64,000 nt of DNA from positions 46,314,001 through 46,378,000 of the forward strand of contig OX597820.1 in NCBI GenBank assembly GCA_951406725.2. Reading direction: 5' to 3'. Positions 40,272 to 53,677 of this stretch are shown here, one piece after another (position 1 is the first letter of the stretch; the number at the start of each line of letters is the position of its first letter). The position numbers were made by a program, and so were the translations under genes. The notes under the pieces were generated by a model, which worked only from the letters and a program-made list of their open reading frames with translations, did no database searches and was not told where the DNA came from. This DNA comes from Octopus vulgaris (Eukaryota).

Positions 40272-40816
40272 GAGCAAAACGCCCCCGTCCAATGGACGGT
40301 GCTGAGTCGTCAAACATTTAAACCAAATTTTCTCAAAACAACTTGTCCGACCGTCCCATAGGTTTCCCCTTTGAGAAACACTGATTTAACCTAAATTTGA
40401 GACACCAGCAAAAGAAGAAATAAAGATAGACTTTTTTTTATCTATTCCAAAGAAAAACGATTTTATTCACACAAATATGCAACCGAAGAGTTTAAAGTAC
40501 CAGTAATGATAAGGCTGTTGACTGGGAGAACACAAATATGGTTTAAACAGCAAGCTTGGCAGGAAAGAAACGTGCCTTTAAGCAGTACAAAAACAACAAA
40601 AAATGGAAGGTGCAGTAATGTACAGGTTGACGGAAGAAAAAGCAGGACAAAAACGACTTTATCGATCATATTCTCACCTGGAATCGATTTTTGTAATGTT
40701 TTCAAGACTTATACACGCCCTGATACCGTCGGTATCTACATGTGAAATCTGAGCGCAATCGGATGGAGGATGCCCGAGATCCGAGAAGACACACAGAACG
40801 GATTTTATATAAGAGA
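40271..40816 (-). mobile_element. Non-autonomous Helitron, family 2
   Basis: 5' TCtcttatataaaa; 3' hairpin ccgtcc-att-ggacgg just before CTCG (CTAG variant). Confidence 0.62.
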
Positions 40817-42503
40817 TATGTTTGTGTGTGTGAGCGCACGCGCGTGTATGTGCGCGATGATTAGTGGACTGGCAGAATTAGTGAGGATTAGTGGCCTGGC
40901 AGTCGGACAAAATATGACTTGCAGTATTTTTTCCGTCCCTTTACTTTCCGAGTTCAAATCTCACCGAGATCAACTTTGTTTTTAACCCTATTGGATCGAT
41001 AAAATAAAATACCAGTCAAGTACTGGGGTTGATGGTATCGATTAATCCTTTCCTCACAAAATTGGGTGTAGATTAGCAAAACTGTTAAATCGGTGGGTAA
41101 ACAGCCTACGTAGTCAGTCTTCTGTATGTTCGTACGTCCATACATCTCGAGAATTTATTCACGCTCTTCACCCATGCACGTATATTATGTATGTTATGTT
41201 ATGTCAAGTTATATATGTATGTATGTAAGTATGTTTGTATGTATGTATGTATGCATGTATGTACGTCCGTACATATGTGCGTATGTGAATGTGTATTTCT
41301 ATATGTATGTGTGTGTCTGTGTGCCTCCGTGCGTAAAGTCTGTAAACCAAAGGAAGCTAATTCCTAGACTTCAACTAATTACGAGCTACTTGTTGCGTTT
41401 AACCCTTGGTATTTCCTGACCGAGTTGTTCTCTGATCAAAGGTACTCCAGTAACGATCATTCCATCATTTTTTTTTTTCCAGGTACTGTATATTCAGAAC
41501 CATATCATTATCCGATGTGTTCCTCCAAATTTTGAGAATAGCAAGTGTTATTCGAGTTAGCAGTTCCATTAATAGACAAAACATCCGTATAGTTATCTAT
41601 TTACAAGACAAACTAAACGTCCAGGTAGTCTAAAATTTAAGACTTACTTGCAACCCGTTGGCCTGTGATGTCTCTTTATACAATTGAGCAGGAAGAATAC
41701 AACGATGACTCAATTCATTTGAATAATCCATGGAGACAACGGAGATGTGGTGACGTGGAGATACCAACCATAGGAGTCTTCTGCTCCAGCATTTTTCAGT
41801 TTCAGTGCATAGTTCTTTCGTTTCATAGATGTGGTTACAATATACTCCAAACGATGGTATTTCTTCTTCCAATGTAACCTCGCCATTTGGCGGGGATCTG
41901 GGAAGAGTTCTGATTTTGAGATTAAAAAAAAAAATAGTATAAAAAGAAGGAACCCTAGCATTTAGCTGATGCTTTATTTATCGATAGTGTAAGACTGAAA
42001 AAAAAATAATTAGTTAACCTCGGCAGAATTTGAACTCAGCACTTAAAAAGACAATGGGTTAACTGTAAAGTATTTTCGCCAGATGCTCAAAAAACTCAGC
42101 CAGACGACCGATTACAGATGTCAGAAAAATACAACTGCTTAAATAATTCGGCCATTCTAAATTAATAATAATCCTTTGGGAGCCTTTAGGTTTACATAGC
42201 TCGTGTGTTGTTGCTCTTTGTCTTCTCCTCCCTCTAATTACCCTTCACTTGTGTTGATCTTCACCCTTTTTTTCCTAGTTTGAGATAAACGCTATATCTA
42301 CCTTTCTCTTTCCAATTCTTGGTTTCTTCCTTTGTACGCCTTACACCTCAGACATGTGGCTTACTCACACTACCTCTTTCTCGAATTGTTCCCCCCTCTC
42401 TCTCTCTCTCCTATAAAAGCTCCTTCTATAAAATTAATTACTTTACTCTGCTATGTATTGAGTACCTTATTTACTGTGGTTAACCCCGACTCAACCCGGG
42501 ACC

Positions 42504-42574
<71 letters not shown>

Positions 42575-42581
<7 letters not shown>

Positions 42582-42842
42582 GTAGAAAAATACAACATGG
42601 ACAAGAACGTATAACTCTTAGAAGACGACACAATAAACACGGACAGGACATTCGAAACCCTCAGTCTTCAGTCAAGAACCGGATCATCGTAGTAATTTCG
42701 GCTGATTAATCTTGAGATTACTAGATCACGGCCAGCCCTCCAAGAAAAACCAAGCAACGAGCATTAGAAAAACTAAGCTGGAAGCGTAGATTTCCTGGAA
42801 GAAGGATCGAATGCATACGAACACCAGGACAGCAAAAGGGAC
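42575..42842. mobile_element. Repeat fragment inserted in (TA)n, possibly Penelope-derived; a similarly placed fragment at ~33295-33545
   Basis: Flanked by TA tracts; partial homology to 30885-31020. Family assignment is inference. Confidence 0.45.
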
Positions 42843-42843
42843 A

Positions 42844-42889
<46 letters not shown>

Positions 42890-42977
42890 TATATATACAC
42901 ACATACACACATATACATATATCATTCCCTCATTTTATTGCTTCACCATTTACCGGCCTACACTTACTTCTTCTGTG

Positions 42978-43016
<39 letters not shown>

Positions 43017-43719
43017 CTTTCACTTACTCACTCTCTTCCTCGCTCACAGACGAAGGAGACGATTGATTCATAAACGTGAGAGTCTTCACTCTTTATATCA
43101 GTTAAACATATCGAACTTTTCTATGAACTGATTGCTGCGCTGCCGACATAAGATAATCACCAAGTTTCCTCAGATATCAGATTTAACCCTTCCATCTGCC
43201 TTTCTAGAAAACTGGAACAGAAGGAACCGACTCGTATCTTACAAAGCAGCAGCTGAGTTTTCGGTCGCAGAGAAAGGTTCAGAACGAGGTTTGTAGCGAA
43301 GTAAAAAGGGGTGAGTAAAGCTGTAGGGACCTCGATGTAAAGGTACGAGCTGAATTTGGAAGGGAGGAAGAATAAAATAAACCGTTATATGATGAGGGAT
43401 GAGGTAGAGAATTTAGGGAGTGTATACTTATAGGATATGCTGTGCGTGAATGAGGAGGGATGTGTTTATATGGTTCTTAGGAAGCCGCTTATCTAATGAG
43501 AATCTTAAAGGCTGACTGCTGGTTATGCTGACGCATTTACAAACAAAATATACATACATACTTATATACATGCATTACATATATATATATATGTATGAGT
43601 GTGTGTGTGTGTGTGTGAGTATGTGTGTGTGTATGCGCGCACGCACAAAAACGCGGATACTTTGCCTGTCTACGCATGTGTATAATGTGCGTGTGTATGT
43701 GTGTATGTATATGTGTATA

Positions 43720-43755
<36 letters not shown>

Positions 43756-43758
<3 letters not shown>

Positions 43759-43884
43759 TGATAAAACGGTAAGATAACAAAAGAAAGAAAGAGACCTCAA
43801 TATTATGTAAATAGAGGAAATTTATCTATTTACATAATATTGAGGTCTCTTTCTTTCTTTTGTTATCTTACCGTTTTATCAATA
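43756..43884. repeat. Perfect palindrome, 60-bp arms, 9-nt loop
   Basis: 43756-43815 is the exact reverse complement of 43825-43884. Confidence 0.97.
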
Positions 43885-44052
43885 AATCACCTCCCGGACG
43901 ACGTTATTCTCAACTAAGAGCTAATATACGACCTTTTTGGGATTATCGCCTAACATCGGTTGAGGACTCTCACAAACAAAAGAATCTAATATGGACGCAT
44001 ATCACATAGATTATTCTAAAGGTATAGATATATATATATATATATATATATA

Positions 44053-44293
44053 TTACTCTTTTACTTGTTTCAGTCATTTGACTACGGCCATGCTGGAGCA
44101 CCGCCTTTAGTCGAACATTTCGACCCCAGGACTTATTCTTTGTAAGCCTAGTACTTATTCTATCGGTCTCTTTTGCCGAACCGCTAAGTTACGGGAACGT
44201 AAGCACACTACCATCGGTTGTCAAGCGATGTTGGGGGGACAAACACAGACACACAAACATATACATACATACACACACACACACACACATACA

Positions 44294-44327
<34 letters not shown>

Positions 44328-44328
44328 C

Positions 44329-44365
<37 letters not shown>

Positions 44366-44622
44366 CATAGTTAAGCACAAAAAAACACAACAACGCGAGG
44401 ACGTGGAACAAATTTAGTATTATTGGACCCTCAGGAAACAAGGAAAGAAGGTTGGTTTAACGTACCACGGGCTTCTTTCTGTTTCCGTCTACCAAATCCA
44501 CTCACAAGGCTTTTGTCGGCCCGTGGCTATAGTAGAAGACACTTGCCCAAGGTGCCACGCAGTAGGACTGAATCCGGAACCATGTGATTGGTACGCTAGC
44601 TACTTACCACACAGCCACTCCT
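44053..44622 (-). mobile_element. SINE A, full length, with expanded internal microsatellite and an inserted fragment (44370-44464)
   Basis: Tail tactcttttacttgtttcag; head ttaccacacagccactcct. Confidence 0.9.
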
Positions 44623-44630
44623 ATATATAT

Positions 44631-44708
<78 letters not shown>

Positions 44709-44709
44709 A

Positions 44710-45020
44710 GTAGGTAGGCAGGCAGGTAGGCAGGTAGGTATGTAGGTAGGCAGGCAGGTAGGCAGGTAGGTAGGTAGGTAGATAGGTAGGTAGGTAGGTA
44801 GGTAGGTAGGTAGGTAGGTAGGTAGGTAGGTAGGTAGGCATGTAGGTAGGTAGGTAGGTATGTAGGTAGGCAGGCAGGTAGGCATGTAGGTAGGTAGGTA
44901 GGTAGGTAGGTAGGTAGGTAGGTAGGTAGGTAGGTAGGTAGGTAGGTAGGTAGGTAGGTAGGTAGGTAGGTAGGTAGGCATGTAGGTAGGTAGGTAGGTA
45001 GGTATGTAGGTAGGTAGGTG
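44710..45020. repeat. (GGTA)n microsatellite
   Basis: Direct repeat. Confidence 0.95.
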
Positions 45021-46170
45021 GAGATGTTTGACATGTATGCAAATATATAAATACGCCAATCATTTTCAGTAAGCGCAGTTATTCGATATATTTTTCAATC
45101 ATTTCTTTAATGAAAGATTTGGGGATAACGCTCCAGACGTATTTTGAACCTCCTCGCAAACTTCGCACAAATATACACACATGTATTTGAGGGATATGGT
45201 TCAAGAAATGAGGTTGGTGTAAGTTTTCTAGAGTTCTAACAATTAGCAACAACACACCTACCAATCTGGCGAACACATTACATTCTTTGGTATTGTTTTG
45301 TACAAAGACACCATCAGTAAAATGAAAATCGACACGATTTTTGTGACGATTTTAGCATGAAGTTATAAGTTCAGCAAACTTCAGTATTCGGTTTTCTTCT
45401 ATTTATTATAGCCCTACAGGCCACCAAAGATGAGTTTAAGACTAGATCTGCGTGGGAACTCCTATGTATTAAGGATCTAGCTTCCGTAGCTGCATCTATT
45501 ATGAAATTAGTGAAGAAATTCTAAATATGGAAGCTAAAACTAGAATGGAGAAGACATAATGTAAAATTAGCGAAATCTAAGATTTTGGCATATATGGAAG
45601 AATACAGGACCCTGGAATCACCAGGGAAATGCCCTCGTTCGATACGGACACACAAGAGGTGTAATGGATTCAGAGACAGGCTGAGAAAGTAATCTTTATA
45701 TGCGACAAATACACTGGAGTGGCAGGTACAATGAGCAAACAAGAAATATACTCTTAAATGCTCGGATGGTTCACTTGTAGTGGTCAAATTGCTTTTGTTA
45801 TCTAGGAGAAATAATTAGTACAGGAGGTGGTTATTTTGAAAGTATAATAGAACAAGTAGGATAAGCAAAGTTCTTTGCCTTCAAAATAAAAATCAGGTTG
45901 TATGACACTTGTATTAGAACCGTGTTGCTGCAAGTGGTGAGAATGAACCCACACTCTCGGTTCCTAAAGCTCCATTCATTCCTGTTCACACCGTACCTTG
46001 AGGGTCCAACAAAGTATCACATCACAGCTCCACCCTGGTCACCTCACCCCATCCATTTCTTCTCAAATATGAGTAGCCAATTGGCCCCTCAAAAGGCACC
46101 TCTCATATTTTAATCTTACTAATCTCCTAACATAAAACCGCCTCTCTCAGAGTTCGTAGTCTTACAAGCC

Positions 46171-46538
46171 TTTCTACTCTAGGCACAAGACCCGATACTT
46201 TTGGGGGAGGGAGCCAGTCGATTAGATCGACACCAGTACGCAACGAAAGGATGAAAGACAAAGTCAACCTCGGCGGAATTTGAACTCAGAACGTAGCAGC
46301 AGACGAAATACCTATTTCTTTACTACCCACAAGGGGCTAAACACAGAGAGGACAAACAAGGACAGACAAACGGATTAAGTCGATTATATCGACCCCAGTG
46401 CGTAACTGGTACTTATTTAATCGACTCCGAAAGGATGAAAGGCAAAGTCGACTTCGGCGGAATTTGAACTCAGAACGTAGCGGCAGACGAAATACCGCGA
46501 AGCATTTCGCCCGGCGTGCTAACGTTTCTGCCAGCTCT
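46171..46538 (-). mobile_element. SINE B dimer
   Basis: Two cores joined at gacgaaatac|ctatttc. Confidence 0.88.
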
Positions 46539-47407
46539 GCAAGCTGCATGATGACCTCGCTTGTGCTGGTGGTACGAAAGAGACACTCATCAGATGCTGT
46601 AAAGTGACTGGAAAGTATCCAGCTGTTGAAACGCTACCAATGTAGACATTGGAGCACAATGTAGTCGTTGAACCCATCGAATTCTATCAAATCGTGCAAC
46701 CCATGCCAGCAGCAAACATGTGTATTATTGATTAATATCTGTCGATGTTTTTGTAAAATTCAATGTGCATGTTTATCATTTAAAAAATATATACCTGTTA
46801 ATAATAAGCAAACATTTTAAACTTCGTTTTGAAAAGTAACCAAAAAGGTTTCACCATAGATTTTTCTCTCTGTGGACAGAAAATGTAAGATCGATCTTAT
46901 TGGTATCTAGTTTTCCTAGACTTTCATCAGGAGTAGAAAAAAAGGTAAAGAAAGACATCCCTTCAGAGGAACTACAAGCTTATAACTTATTTATTGTGCA
47001 TATTAACTCTAACACAGCTAAGTTTAACCATCTGATTTGCATAATGACATGTATGCAGCGAACATGCTCAATTCATTAATTAATCGACGTCCAAAGAAGT
47101 GACGCTATACATGGATACTAACGACAGGGAATTTTAAGATTTTTATAATGTGTTGGCTAAAGAAAATTTATGTATATTTTGTGCGCCTTCTTTACTCTTT
47201 GATTTATATCTCTAACTTCCCAACTCACTTCAACTTAATCTAGAATAGGTTGTCTCCCCTATGGTAGTTAACTGCCAGAAGTACACCATGTGTATGAATT
47301 ACCCAACGATTTCTAGATAATTTAAAAGGAGCTGTACTGATAGGTAAACCTCTGCAGAACAAGGTATATCATTATTTTGTAATTATGTAGGTCTTTAAGA
47401 AAACATA

Positions 47408-48114
47408 CAGTGGTTGGATAAAATAATGGAAACACCTTAAAATTTCAAACAATTTTTTTTTTAATATGGGGTAGGACCTTTGGCAGTAATTACAGCTTGA
47501 ATTCCATGAGGTATGGATTCGTACACAGTTTGAATTGTTTCCAGAGGAATTTTTGTCCATTCTTCAGCTAAAACAGTCTCCGGTCCTTGTAGTGATGATG
47601 GTGGAAGACATCGACTCCTTACTTGTTTTTCCAAAATGCATCATAAATGTTCAATAATATTGAGGTCTGGGGACTGTGGTGGCCAGATAAGATGTTCAAC
47701 TTCACTAGAATGTTCATCGTGCCATTCAGTAACAACTTTAGCTGTGTGAATTGGTGCATTATCATCCTGAAATATTGCGTTTCCCGCCGGAAACTGTTCC
47801 GCAACCATAGGATGAATTTAATCAGATAAAATGCTTAAATAGTATTGACTATTAATCCTGCCATGAAGGGAAACTATTGGGCCGGCGGATTTCCTCTTTG
47901 AAAGTCCGATAGATCTGTCATTTCAATAAATTTTAATTGCCTATTCCTGATAATATCTGAAAAGAAGCAGCAATTTTAGCAAAACATATTAAGCAACACT
48001 AATAATAAATAAAAAAAAAACATAAAAATAAACAAGCTTTTGGCGGGTTTTATAGATATTTCAAAATTATGGTTCTATGATGGTAAGTGTTTCTATTATT
48101 TTGTCCAACCCCTG
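47408..48114 (-). mobile_element. Internally deleted Tc1-like element
   Basis: TA-flanked TIRs cagtggttggataaaataatggaaacac / gtgtttctattattttgtccaacccctg; minus strand FQDDNAPIHTAKVVTEWHDEHSSEVEHLIWPPQSPDLNIIEHL*. Confidence 0.9.
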
Positions 48115-48317
48115 TATTTCTTCTTATATAAAGTTTCTGTTTAGTTTTCCACTAATACTGTTCCACGTTTCAAGGCCGCATTGACAGAACCACGTCGAAA
48201 CGTTTTGATATTCCGTAGTAGATGGTATTATTAACAAATAGCGTATTTTCTGGCATGCAAGCCGACGTATGATATATGGTAAACGTGTAGTGTAACCATT
48301 AAAACGTCGTCATTATA

Positions 48318-48883
48318 TTGGGTTGTCCGGAAAGTTCGTGCCGATTTTTAAAGGAAAAATAAAGGTCAATAAATACTTGCCATTACATTTTTAATCAACC
48401 AAATATGAAGCATTTTCTTGCACAATGCGTCTCCATCTTTGCTTTAACTTGAAAATACCTTCTTCCCGGAAATGAGGTGGTTTCATGGCAAAGAATTCAT
48501 CAAGGTATCTTTTTACGTCATCAAAGGAATTGAAATTTTTACTATTAAGGCTATTCTGCAGAGACCTGAATAAGTGAAAATCCGAAGGAGCAATATCTGG
48601 TGAATATGGAGGGTGGGGTAACACATCCCAGCCGAGCTGCAGCAATTTTTGTCTGGATCCCAAAGCATAAAGTGCCGAAAATGAACTTTCTTATCTTCCA
48701 TTTTAAAGGGTTACAGAATTAACACAGGTTATAAGAACATAAACCTCGTTCCACGAAAAGATAGCTTAAACTATGCTCTAAATGGAGGTGTAGTCAAATC
48801 CTATTTTATGGACTCAACCATGTTCTAAAATAAGTCGAAAGGTAAGCTACTATAAATTGGCAGGAACTTTCCGGACAACCCAA
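48318..48883 (-). mobile_element. 566-bp non-autonomous mariner with intact TIRs
   Basis: TA TSD; TIR ttgggttgtccggaaagttc; MEDKKVHFRH fused to LGWDVLPHPPYSPDIAPSDFHLFRSLQ. Confidence 0.95.
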
Positions 48884-49002
48884 TACTTCCAAATCCTGAT
48901 ACATTTCACATGAAATTTTTTGTCTTCCGAAGTTGTCTTGGTATATAAATCGATCTACCTTTTTTAGCTGTCTATTTGGGTTTGAAAAGTTCGGCTTATA
49001 TG

Positions 49003-49175
49003 CACTAGCTTAGCCAGTGGTAGGGGCAGTCCGCCCCAGGCGGCACTTTTAAAGGGGCGGCACTTTTCATCCTCTTGTAGGCTATTGCTGTAGGTAATAT
49101 GTGATTTTTGTGGAGTCCGGAGGGAAGCAAACGGAAGTTGCGCGCCGGGCAGCAAACACTCTAGCTAAGCTACTG
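49003..49175. mobile_element. hAT-type MITE (duplicate at 53015-53187)
   Basis: Perfect 8-bp TSD cttatatg; termini cactagcttagccag / ctagctaagctactg. Confidence 0.82.
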
Positions 49176-49376
49176 CTTATATGCCAGAAAACGTCTATGT
49201 AGATTTTGAGTCATTTTTTAAAATTAGTAAAATGAATCTTCTGCAATGTAACTGCTAAATACGCATACACATGAGGTGCGCTATATCATATTATATTACA
49301 TTTTATTATATCATGTTACACACAAAGACACACTCACATACACACATACATACATACAAACATACATACATACATG

Positions 49377-49465
<89 letters not shown>

Positions 49466-49597
49466 CCTACTTAACATGAATGTATTGTTAGAATGCCGCA
49501 ATTCTGCCCTATACATCTTAAGAAACCATTTCATAAATAGGTATGGAGCTAAAAAACATAGATATGTCGGGAGCAGGCGAGAAATCGTCCAGCATCG

Positions 49598-49668
49598 GTG
49601 GTGAAACTGGTAGATTACGTGATTTCAGCGTGACTACGCTTCATCAGCAGCAGGCATCCACTCACCAC
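49598..49668 (-). ncRNA. Type I hammerhead ribozyme motif
   Basis: Minus strand: GUGGUGAG-UGGAUGC-CUGCUG CUGAUGA AGCGU-AGUC-ACGCU GAAA UCACGUAA UC | UACCAG-U-UUCACCAC. Confidence 0.72.
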
Positions 49669-50049
49669 TTGCAACCCAAATCTTGCTGCCACCTATGTAT
49701 GTAAAAACAGTGATTACTCGGACTCTGATGCCGCAAAAAGCCAACAGCTCTGTTAGAATTAAATATTAGCGAGAGAGGCAGTGTTAATACCGAATGGCAA
49801 TCGTTATATCCAACTTAATGTGGATGATCTATTAAACGTTGCACATCTGCTACCAATATGCCTATGCTTTTAGTACTATATGTCAGTAAGAGATGATTTC
49901 TCACCGCGAATAGCGGAGTATTAAGCCAAACAATACACCCACGTTACATAAGTTATAAAGATTGCCAATCGGCCTTAATACTGGTTCCGTAGCTAATATT
50001 CACCACACACAAACGCACACTTACATTTTCAGGTACATACACACTCGCC

Positions 50050-50350
50050 GCGTCTTTCTCTCTCTCTCCCTCTCTCTCGCTCTGGCTTTCTCTCTCTCTC
50101 TTTCTTTCGCTCTGGTTTTCTCTCTCTCCCTCTCTCTCGCTCTGGTTTTCTCTCTCTCCCTCTCTCTCACTCTGGCTTTCTCTCTCTCCCTTTCTCTCGC
50201 TCAGGCTTTCTCTCTCTCCCTCTCTCTTGCTCTGGCTTTCTCTCTCTCCCTCTCTCTCTTTCTCTCTCTCCCTCTCTCTCGCTCTGGCTTTCCCTCCCTC
50301 CTCCTCTCTCCCTCTCTCTCGCTCTGGCTTTCTCTCTCCCTCTCTCTCAC
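50050..50350. repeat. 30-bp pyrimidine minisatellite (GCTCTGGCTTTCTCTCTCTCCCTCTCTCTC)n; longer in the duplicate at 54065-54493
   Basis: ctctgg anchors recur about every 30 bp. Confidence 0.9.
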
Positions 50351-51094
50351 ACACATGCGCGCGGACGCTGTATTTCTCAGCTGGTAGACTCACATATTTC
50401 AAAGAAAACCAAAACACATTCTAGAATTGTTTAACAGTAACAGTTCCTATTATTATAAAACGAGATTCTAGAAAACAGAGAGAAGAAACATCAACATTTA
50501 GTGCAGGCTTTTTTCCAAATAGACACAAACACCACAAGTGCACATTCAGATATCTGTGCTTACATATATGCATACACTCACATGCACCCATCCACATACA
50601 TACCTAGGCATAGACATGTGGTTAAGAAGAGCTCTTCGGAAGTATTAGTTTGGATTCGGTCCCACTGCATGGCATACTCTACTAAGACTTCGGGCCGAAT
50701 AAATTTGGTAAAGGGAGACTGTCTGGAAGCCAGTCGTATACAGGTGGTTTCAGTTTGTTTAATTTCCAGAAAATAAGCAGTTCTTATTCATACATACATA
50801 CATACATACATACATACATACATTCATACATACATACATACATACATTCATACATACATACATGCATACATACATACATACATACATACATACATACATA
50901 CATACATACATACATACATACATTCATACATACATACATGCATACATACATACATACATACATGCATACATACATACATGCATATGTATATATGTATATC
51001 TATCTATCTATGTATGTGTGGGTCTGCATATATATGTATATATATAGACACTTACACTCACACACACATACTTGTCCGTAACAAACACTTGACC

Positions 51095-51417
51095 GTAACG
51101 AAAAATACTCCTCCAGTACTGTTCGGACCTTGCCTACAAAATTCATATCATTTCCCTCCAAATGATTTTGAAAACTGCGGAATAAATGATAATCAGATGG
51201 GACAATGTCCGGCGAATATGGTGGGTGGGGCATCGTTTCCCATTCTAACAGCTCCAACCTTTGGAAAGTCGTCCTCGCTGTATGTGGCCGAACATTAATT
51301 ATCCTGATGAAAGAAAACCTTTCATCTTGAAACCAAAGATGGTCATTTTTCTTCTAGCGCTGGCTTGACTGACTGGTTGAATGACCAAATAAAGCTTCTA
51401 TGCTAGTTTCTCAACAA
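51095..51417 (-). mobile_element. Mariner fragment (same family as 20527)
   Basis: WETMPHPPYSPDIVPSDYHLFRSFQ. Confidence 0.88.
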
Positions 51418-51590
51418 GCTAGTTTCTCGAGACTAAAGCTGTCTCTGATTAGCTCCAAGAGGCCATCGCCTCTAGCTAGCTATATGACACACGAACCTGC
51501 GTCCATTACAACCTTCGAACAGGGGAGCTAATCAGCGACAGCTTTAGTCTTATATTTATAGACTGCCATATTAGTATGGCGATAACTATC

Positions 51591-51656
<66 letters not shown>

Positions 51657-51674
51657 ACATACATACATATATGC

Positions 51675-51771
<97 letters not shown>

Positions 51772-52328
51772 ATATTTGTAGCCACTTTAACATGGCTGTC
51801 CGTTCGAGCGGACTCTACTGCGATTTTATAACCCCAAGAGGACATATCCTCTAGCTGGTTAACGATGCACAGCTGCATCCAATAAAATTGCCAGCTGGGG
51901 AGCGAACCCCTACCATCTCCTGGTAGATCTGTCATTTCAATAAATTTTAATTGCCTATTCCTGATAATATCTGAAAAGAAGCAGCAATTTTAGCAAAACA
52001 TATTAAGCAACACTAATAATAAATAAAAAAACATAAAAATAAACAAGCTTTTGGCGGGATTTAGAGATATTTCAAAATTATGGTTCTATGATGGTAAGTG
52101 TTTCTATTATTTTGTCCACCCCCTGTATTTCTTCTTATATAAATTTTCCGTTTAGTTTTCCACTGATACTGTTCCACATTTCAAGGCCGCATTGACAGAA
52201 CCACGTCGAAACGTTTTGATATTCCGTAGTAGATGGTATTATTAACAAATAGCGTATTTTCTGGCATGCAAGCCGACGTATGATATATGGTAAACGTGTA
52301 GTGTAACCATTAAAACGTCGTCATTATA

Positions 52329-52894
52329 TTGGGTTGTCCGGAAAGTTCGTGCCGATTTTTAAAGGAAAAATAAAGGTCAATAAATACTTGCCATTACATT
52401 TTTAATCAACCAAATATGAAGCATTTTCTTGCACAATGCGTCTCCATCTTTGCTTTAACTTGAAAATACCTTCTTCCCAGAATTGAGGTGGTTTCATGGC
52501 AAAGAATTCATCAAGGTATCTTTTTACGTCATCAAAGGAATTGAAATTTTTACTATTAAGACTATTCTGCAGAGACCTGAATAAGTGAAAATCCGAAGGA
52601 GCAATATCTGGTGAATATGGAGGGTGGGGTAACACATCCCAGCCGAGCTGCAGCAATTTTTGTCTGGTTCCAATAGCATCAAGTGCCGAAAATGAACTTT
52701 CTTATCTTCCATTTTAAAGGGTTACAGAATTAACACAGGTTATAAGAACATAAACCTTGTTACACGAAAAGATAGCTTAAACTATGCTCTAAATGGAGGT
52801 GTAGTCAAATCCTATTTTATGGACTCAACCATGTTCTAAAATAAGTCGAAAGGTAAGCTGCTATAAATTGGCAGGAACTTTCCGGACAACCCAA
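52329..52894 (-). mobile_element. Duplicate 566-bp non-autonomous mariner
   Basis: Same TIRs, flanks and length as 48318-48883. Confidence 0.95.
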
Positions 52895-53406
52895 TACTTC
52901 CAAATCCTGATACATTTCACATGGAAATTTTTTGTCTTCCGAAGTTGTCTTGGTATATAAATCGATCTACCTTTTTTAGCTGTCTATTTGGGTTTGAAAA
53001 GTTCGGCTTATATGCACTAGCTTAGCCAGTGGTAGGGGCAGTCCGCCCCAGGCGGCACTTTTAAAGGGGCGGCACTTTTCATCCTCTTGTAGGCTATTGC
53101 TGTAGGTAATATGTGATTTTTGTGGAGTCCGGGGTGCAGCAAACGGAAGTTGCGCGCCGGGCGCCAAACACTCTAGCTGAGCTACTGCTTATATGCCAGA
53201 AAACGTCTATGTAGATTTTGTGTCATTTTTTAAAATTAGTAAAATGAATCTTCTGCAATGTAACTGCTAAATACGCATACACATGAGGTGCGCTATATCA
53301 TATTATATTACATTTTATTATATCATGTTACACACAAAGACACACTCACATACACACATACATACATACATACATACATACATACACACACATACATACA
53401 TACATG

Positions 53407-53473
<67 letters not shown>

Positions 53474-53606
53474 CCTACTTAACATGAATGTATTGTTAGA
53501 ATGCCGCAATTCTGCCCTATACATCTTAAGAAACCATTTCATAAATAGGTATGGAGCTAAAAAAACATAGATATGTCGGGAGCAGGCGAGAAATCGTCCA
53601 GCATCG

Positions 53607-53677
53607 GTGGTGAAACTGGTAGATTACGTGATTTCAGCGTGACTACGCTTCATCAGCAGCAGGCATCCACTCACCAC
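53607..53677 (-). ncRNA. Duplicate hammerhead motif
   Basis: Identical to 49598-49668. Confidence 0.72.

Noticed and set aside
42640-42720. Minus-strand CUGAAGA motif (also near 33430)
   Set aside because: No correctly placed stem II plus GAAA.
45090-45800. Possible decayed retroelement coding sequence (also 4850-7230 and 13060-14100)
   Set aside because: Only faint motif remnants; the family cannot be assigned by eye.
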